A program made the position numbers and the translations under genes. From positions 128,001-192,000 of the forward strand of contig CAVVPN010000004.1 of NCBI GenBank assembly GCA_963750165.1: 64,000 nucleotides of DNA, given 5' to 3'. How positions within the stretch are numbered: the first letter of the stretch is position 1; each line of letters begins with the position of its first letter. Below, in pieces: positions 59,424-64,000 of this stretch. This DNA comes from an uncultured Gemmataceae bacterium (GTDB taxonomy: Bacteria > Planctomycetota > Planctomycetia > Gemmatales > Gemmataceae). A model generated the notes under the pieces. The model was given only the letters and a program-made list of their open reading frames with translations, was not told where the DNA came from and did no database searches.

Positions 59424-61919
59424 TCACTTCACTTCCGGCGTTTGTTCGTCGATCCGGCCGCGCACCGGGCGCGCCGTCACGGTGAGGTCACGAGCGCGCG
59501 TCAGCCCGGAGCTGTAGCGCACCACCACCCGGTACGCGCCCGGCGGCAGCGCGAACCGCGCCTGCGCCAGCCGCTGACCGCCGCGACCATCGCCACCTGA
59601 AATCTCCTGCACGCCAAACGATTTTCCTTGTTTGTCGGTCACCTGCACCCGGCTGCCGATAACGCCGCCGCGCCCGGCCACCGCCAGCGTCACCGGCGTC
59701 CGCTTCGACGCCGGCGGACTGCCGAGCAGCACGCACGAATCCTGGCCCTCGTTGTTGAAAACCATGTCCAGCACGCCATCGTTGTTCAAGTCCACCAGGC
59801 ACACGCCCTGTGTGTTGAAGATGCGCTGATCCAGGCCGACCGCCTCCGTCAAGTCCTCGAAGGTGCCATCACCCTTGTTGCGCAGATAGCGGTTCGGGCC
59901 GCGCAGGCAACCGATGACCAGGTCCAGGTGGCCATCGTTGTCCACGTCGCCCCACGCCGCGCTGGTCGCGTGAACGTGCAGGTTCGCCAGCGCCCCGGCC
60001 TGCGCGGTCACGTCCGTGAAGCGGCCCTTGCCGTCATTCTTGAACAGCTTGCACTGGCCCGCTTGCGGCACGAACAGATCGGGGTGGCCGTCGCCGTCGA
60101 AGTCGCCGAAGACCGGCCCGACCTTGCCCGGCCTGTACGCGATGCCCGAATCCCGCGACCGCACGAAGCGCGTACCCGTGTTCAGCAGCAGCATGCCCGT
60201 ACCGGCACCGTACAGAACATCGGCCCGGCCATCGCCGTTCACGTCGCAGACGGTCAGCGTGTCGCCCTTGACGCCGGCGCCGATGCCCTCCGGCCCCAGG
60301 CCGAACTGCGCGGACACGTCCGCGAAATGCTTGCCCTGCGGCACCGCCGCCTCCAGCTTGCCCGCCTGGAAGTAGAACGCCCAGTCGCCGTCACCATTGC
60401 AAATTTTCAGCAGCAGGTGGTTCTTGCCCTTGTTCAGCTTGAGGACAGCGCGGTCCTGGTCCGGCGCGATACTGCGGTATTCGTTCCGCGCCACGATCCG
60501 CTTGCCGTTGAACCAGACGGTCAGCGTGTCATCGCTGCCGAAGGACGCCGGCAGGTCCACCGCGCTGTCCGACTCGATCTCGCGGTACAGGTAGACGGCG
60601 CTCCAGACGTTGTTCTGCGGCCGGAACAGCGTCAGGTTATTCACCTGGCCGTCCGCGAAGTCGCGCTGCTTCCAGACCGCCGGCTCACCGTTCTTGCCCT
60701 GATACTGCTGCCGTAAATCGACCGCCTTCTCGACCGGATGCACCGTCGTGAAACCGCGGCCGCCGGTGTTGTCGAACGGGCCCAGGTAGTGCCACTTGCC
60801 GAGCGTCACCTTCGGCACCGCGGGCGGCTTCTGGTCGCCAACGTTGCGGTACAGCCGCAGGCCGTGGTAGCCGTTGCTGAACAGGATGTCCGGCTTGCCG
60901 TCGCCGTCGGCATCGATCCACGCGGCGGTGGTCACGCTGTAGTACGGCTCCTGTGGCAACAGGTGGCTGTCGTCGCGGAAGGCACCGCCGCCGAGGTTCG
61001 TGAACAGCTTCGGGCCGCCGGACGTCGCCAGCAACAGGTCCGGCTTGCCATCGCCGTTGTAGTCCGCCCACACCACGGCGCGACCGCCGCTCGCCCCCGG
61101 GATGGTGATCTCGTTCAACGACTCGCCCCCGTTGGCCAGCACCGCGACGCGGGCGCCGCCGAGCAGGCACAAATCCGCCTTGCCGTCGTCGTTGAAGTCC
61201 ACCGCGGAGATTCCCTGGGCCTCGGGATCGACGCGGCTCAGCGCCGAATAGTGCGTGAAGCCGGGCATGCCGTTCAGCCGCCGAAAATCCTCGCCGCCCC
61301 AGCCGACGAAGTCGCGCTTCGGGTTGTAATCCAGCAGCTTCAGGCTCGCCTTGACGCGCTGGATTTTCGCCCGACGGCTGTGCAGGTCGTCCTTGTTGCC
61401 ATCGACCATGCACGGCACGATGACTTCCTTGCCGGCGACGATGGCCGTGACGATGGCCGCCAGCTTTTCGGGGTTGCCGGCGAAGCTGCGGAGCAGGAAC
61501 GGCTCGCCGTGGACGTGGTTCCACCACTCGCCGCCGGCGGACGACTGATACCACCAGGTGCCGATGCACGTCTCGCTGGCGCCGCCGTTGTGGAAGAAGA
61601 CGGCCAGCTTGCCGGGCTCGGCCCAGTCCATCGGCGGTTTCCACTCGTTAGGCCGCAGACCGCCGCGGCCGATGTTGTGCTTGATGACTTCCTGCGGGTG
61701 CTTGTTCTTCAGGTCGCGCACCTTGCGGTAAATGATGAGGTTCTTCTCGCGGTCCACCGACTCGACGCGCATGAGCACGACATGGCTCGACTGGGCGATG
61801 ACGGAACCGAGGCTCATGGGGGCCTCGACGTAGGCGTGGCCGGGAGGCGTCAGCACCGCCGGCGCCAGGGCGCCAAGGATCACGACCGCCAGGCACAGCA
61901 GGCGCGTGGGTTTCAACAT
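59424..61919 (-). CDS. Secreted FG-GAP/VCBS repeat protein with inserted PA14-like domain and ASPIC/UnbV-like tail
   Basis: Many D.N.DG..DL loops; insert WHYLGPF...GSDD...VW.NG...L.KG.N.LL.K; C-terminal IG.RV.V...Q....G.G..GQ.....F. Confidence 0.85.
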   Translation of the reverse strand: MLKPTRLLCLAVVILGALAPAVLTPPGHAYVEAPMSLGSVIAQSSHVVLMRVESVDREKNLIIYRKVRDLKNKHPQEVIKHNIGRGGLRPNEWKPPMDWAEPGKLAVFFHNGGASETCIGTWWYQSSAGGEWWNHVHGEPFLLRSFAGNPEKLAAIVTAIVAGKEVIVPCMVDGNKDDLHSRRAKIQRVKASLKLLDYNPKRDFVGWGGEDFRRLNGMPGFTHYSALSRVDPEAQGISAVDFNDDGKADLCLLGGARVAVLANGGESLNEITIPGASGGRAVVWADYNGDGKPDLLLATSGGPKLFTNLGGGAFRDDSHLLPQEPYYSVTTAAWIDADGDGKPDILFSNGYHGLRLYRNVGDQKPPAVPKVTLGKWHYLGPFDNTGGRGFTTVHPVEKAVDLRQQYQGKNGEPAVWKQRDFADGQVNNLTLFRPQNNVWSAVYLYREIESDSAVDLPASFGSDDTLTVWFNGKRIVARNEYRSIAPDQDRAVLKLNKGKNHLLLKICNGDGDWAFYFQAGKLEAAVPQGKHFADVSAQFGLGPEGIGAGVKGDTLTVCDVNGDGRADVLYGAGTGMLLLNTGTRFVRSRDSGIAYRPGKVGPVFGDFDGDGHPDLFVPQAGQCKLFKNDGKGRFTDVTAQAGALANLHVHATSAAWGDVDNDGHLDLVIGCLRGPNRYLRNKGDGTFEDLTEAVGLDQRIFNTQGVCLVDLNNDGVLDMVFNNEGQDSCVLLGSPPASKRTPVTLAVAGRGGVIGSRVQVTDKQGKSFGVQEISGGDGRGGQRLAQARFALPPGAYRVVVRYSSGLTRARDLTVTARPVRGRIDEQTPEVK

Positions 61920-61964
61920 GACTGCCCCCTGGTTGTCTGCCGCAAGCGGCAGAAAAGACACGTT

Positions 61965-64000
61965 TCACTCGCCCTTGATCTTCGCCAACCGCTCGGCCGC
62001 GGTCTTCGCCCAGGTCGTCTGCGGGAAGTCGCGGACCACGCGCCGCAGTAGCGCCGTCGCGTTCTCGGTCTGCTTCAGTTCGACGAAAGCACGGGCCGCC
62101 TCCAGCAGCGCCACCGGCGTCAGTTCCTTGTAGTCATACGTCAGCGGCACGACCATCAGCTCGTTGGCGGCGTCCGCGTAGCGCTTCTGCTCCAGCCGGC
62201 ACAGGCCGATCTGCAGCTGCGCTTTCGCCCCCGTCTCGGTCAGCGTGTCCGTCTTGACGCGCGCGTACAGGGCAATAGCCGGATCGTACTGTTTTTGCTG
62301 CTGCAGCGCCCAGGCCGAACCGTAACGCGCCTCATGCACCCACGGGCTGTTCGAGAAGCGCTGCACCAGCACGTCGAACGCCTGCCGGCTCTTGTCCCAG
62401 TCCGACACGCGGCCGTAAGCATGGCCCAGCCGCAGCAGCGCCCGGTCGCTGACGCCGGGCACATTCTGGAACGGCTGCGCATCGCGGAAGACGCTCAACT
62501 GCTTGACCGCCGCGGCGTAGTCCTTCTCCGCCAGCAGCACCTCGCCGGCCCGATACCGGGCCTGTGCCGCCAGCGGGCTCTTGACGTTCTGCGCGACCGC
62601 ATTGAACTGCGCCAGCGCCGCCTTGAGATTGCCTTTCGCCATCTGGCAAACGCCCAGCCGCAGTCGCAGTTTCTCGGTCAGCTCCGGCGCCGGCTCCTTG
62701 TCGAGGCCGTCGTTGAGCAGTTTGATGGCCGCGGCGTAATCGTGGCGCTGACCGAACAACTCCGCCAGCTCGAAGCGGGCGTCGGTCGCCAGCGGCGCGT
62801 CGCCGAAGTCGTTGATGAGCGCCCGATACGCGGCCTGCGCCTTCTTCTCCGCCGGCTGCACGGGCACCTTCGCCAGCGGCACCGCCGGCGGCGGCAACGG
62901 CGTCGTGGTCGGGCCACGCTGCTTGAGCGCTTCCTGAATGAGCACATCGCGAGCCGCCTTGATTTCGGGCTCGGCCAGGTCACGGTAGCCCCAGGCGACC
63001 TCGTACAGCATGCGCGCGCGGGCATCGACCGGCGGCTGCTTCGCCTTCCACTGCTCCGCCTGCACTTCGAGGTACTGCACGCCATCGCGGAGCAGTTTGG
63101 CGCCCTCATCGTACAGTTTGACCTGTGGCGATTTCGGGGCCCGCACCGCGGCGAAGCCACCCGCCTGCCGCACCTTGTCGCGGCCCTCTTCCAGCAAACA
63201 CTGGCCCAGCCGCAGCGCCGCCTCCGCCGCCTCGGGCCGGCCGGCGAACTGCTTGACGACGCTGTCGAAAACGCCGCGGGCCTCGCCGTATTTCTTCGCC
63301 TCACGCAGCGCGACGCCGTGGTGGTAGCGCAGCACGGCCACCCAGCCGGCGCGCTCGTTCGTCAACTGCGGCTCGTACTGCTGCCGGGCCTTCGCCAGCA
63401 GGTTGATGGCGTCGTTGAGCCGATTCTGACCGCGCAGCAGCGTCGCCAGCTGGACGTGTGCCAGCGGCGCGACGTGCGTCTTGCTCCACGGGTCGCGCGT
63501 GAAGTGGCGCAGGTCGTTGTCCGCCGGGCCGGGGTTATTCAGCGCGACCCAGCACCTGGCCCGCTCCAGCAGCGCCTGCGCCTGGATCGGGTTGCCGGGC
63601 TGCATTTTGGCGAGCATCCGGTCGTACACCCCCCTGGCCGCGTTCAGTGCCTTGATGCGCTCGGGCGGCTGGCCCTGCAGCGCCGCCAGCCGCTGATGGC
63701 AGTAGCCGAGCTTGAGCAGGGCGTCCGGCGTCTGTGGATGGTTGGGCTGGCCGCTCGCGAACTCGTTGAGCAGGTCCGCCGCGGTCTTTAACTGATCCTC
63801 CAGCTTGCCGACCGCCAGCGCGTCCTCGGGCGTCGTGGCCGGCGCCAGCCGCAGCAGACAGTCCGCCATCACGAATGGCACGGTCGCCAGTTCGCCGCCA
63901 CGCTCCGCCTGCGGGATCGCTTCGAGGGTCTTTTTCGCATTTTCCAGATCGCCCTTGCGGTAGAAGGTCATGCCCAGGCCGTAGCGGGCGAAATTCACCT
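61965..64000 (-). CDS. Tetratricopeptide-repeat protein (start lies beyond the window)
   Basis: Repeated A.Y.LG......Y..A...F..V...FP helical repeats; the frame is open to the window edge. Confidence 0.9.
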   Translation of the reverse strand, partial: VNFARYGLGMTFYRKGDLENAKKTLEAIPQAERGGELATVPFVMADCLLRLAPATTPEDALAVGKLEDQLKTAADLLNEFASGQPNHPQTPDALLKLGYCHQRLAALQGQPPERIKALNAARGVYDRMLAKMQPGNPIQAQALLERARCWVALNNPGPADNDLRHFTRDPWSKTHVAPLAHVQLATLLRGQNRLNDAINLLAKARQQYEPQLTNERAGWVAVLRYHHGVALREAKKYGEARGVFDSVVKQFAGRPEAAEAALRLGQCLLEEGRDKVRQAGGFAAVRAPKSPQVKLYDEGAKLLRDGVQYLEVQAEQWKAKQPPVDARARMLYEVAWGYRDLAEPEIKAARDVLIQEALKQRGPTTTPLPPPAVPLAKVPVQPAEKKAQAAYRALINDFGDAPLATDARFELAELFGQRHDYAAAIKLLNDGLDKEPAPELTEKLRLRLGVCQMAKGNLKAALAQFNAVAQNVKSPLAAQARYRAGEVLLAEKDYAAAVKQLSVFRDAQPFQNVPGVSDRALLRLGHAYGRVSDWDKSRQAFDVLVQRFSNSPWVHEARYGSAWALQQQKQYDPAIALYARVKTDTLTETGAKAQLQIGLCRLEQKRYADAANELMVVPLTYDYKELTPVALLEAARAFVELKQTENATALLRRVVRDFPQTTWAKTAAERLAKIKGE

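Noticed and set aside
2735..63791. Long antisense or alternate-frame ORFs (e.g. 2735..4318, 7771..9309, 22373..23881, 41585..42976, 57670..59364, 62295..63791)
   Set aside because: They shadow well-supported genes, are Arg/Ala/Gly-rich and have no motifs, as expected in high-GC DNA.

Overview
GC-rich bacterial DNA whose gene content (TIGR03067 domains, DUF4058, WD40/PQQ/FG-GAP propellers, Ser/Thr kinase, a Gemmata-type ECF sigma fragment) points to a planctomycete, probably Gemmatales (inference). It holds about 50 CDS, one initiator tRNA-Met and two small gene remnants. I found no rRNA, CRISPR array, transposase or integrase. Thirteen frameshifts interrupt otherwise intact genes and look like long-read indel errors, mostly in or beside CGCG/GCGC. 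The strongest candidate for an undescribed system is a six-gene phospho-signalling cluster at 19.0-29.5 kb: a membrane FHA protein, a vWA protein, a Zn-ribbon FHA protein, a soluble Hanks kinase, and two paralogous membrane proteins that share a Zn-ribbon-[helical+Ig-like]x2 module but have different C-termini. Also notable: a pair of paralogous exported proteins (DUF11 and Pro/Met/Gly-rich), a sigma-54-type promoter ahead of a USP/site-2-protease/STAS/ClC block, a TPR-FG-GAP-PQQ-YdjY envelope operon, and many intergenic palindromes (GTAG-type REPs, a MITE-like repeat, and hairpins with microsatellite arms, one of them nested). All family assignments are by motif recognition only; no database searches were run.
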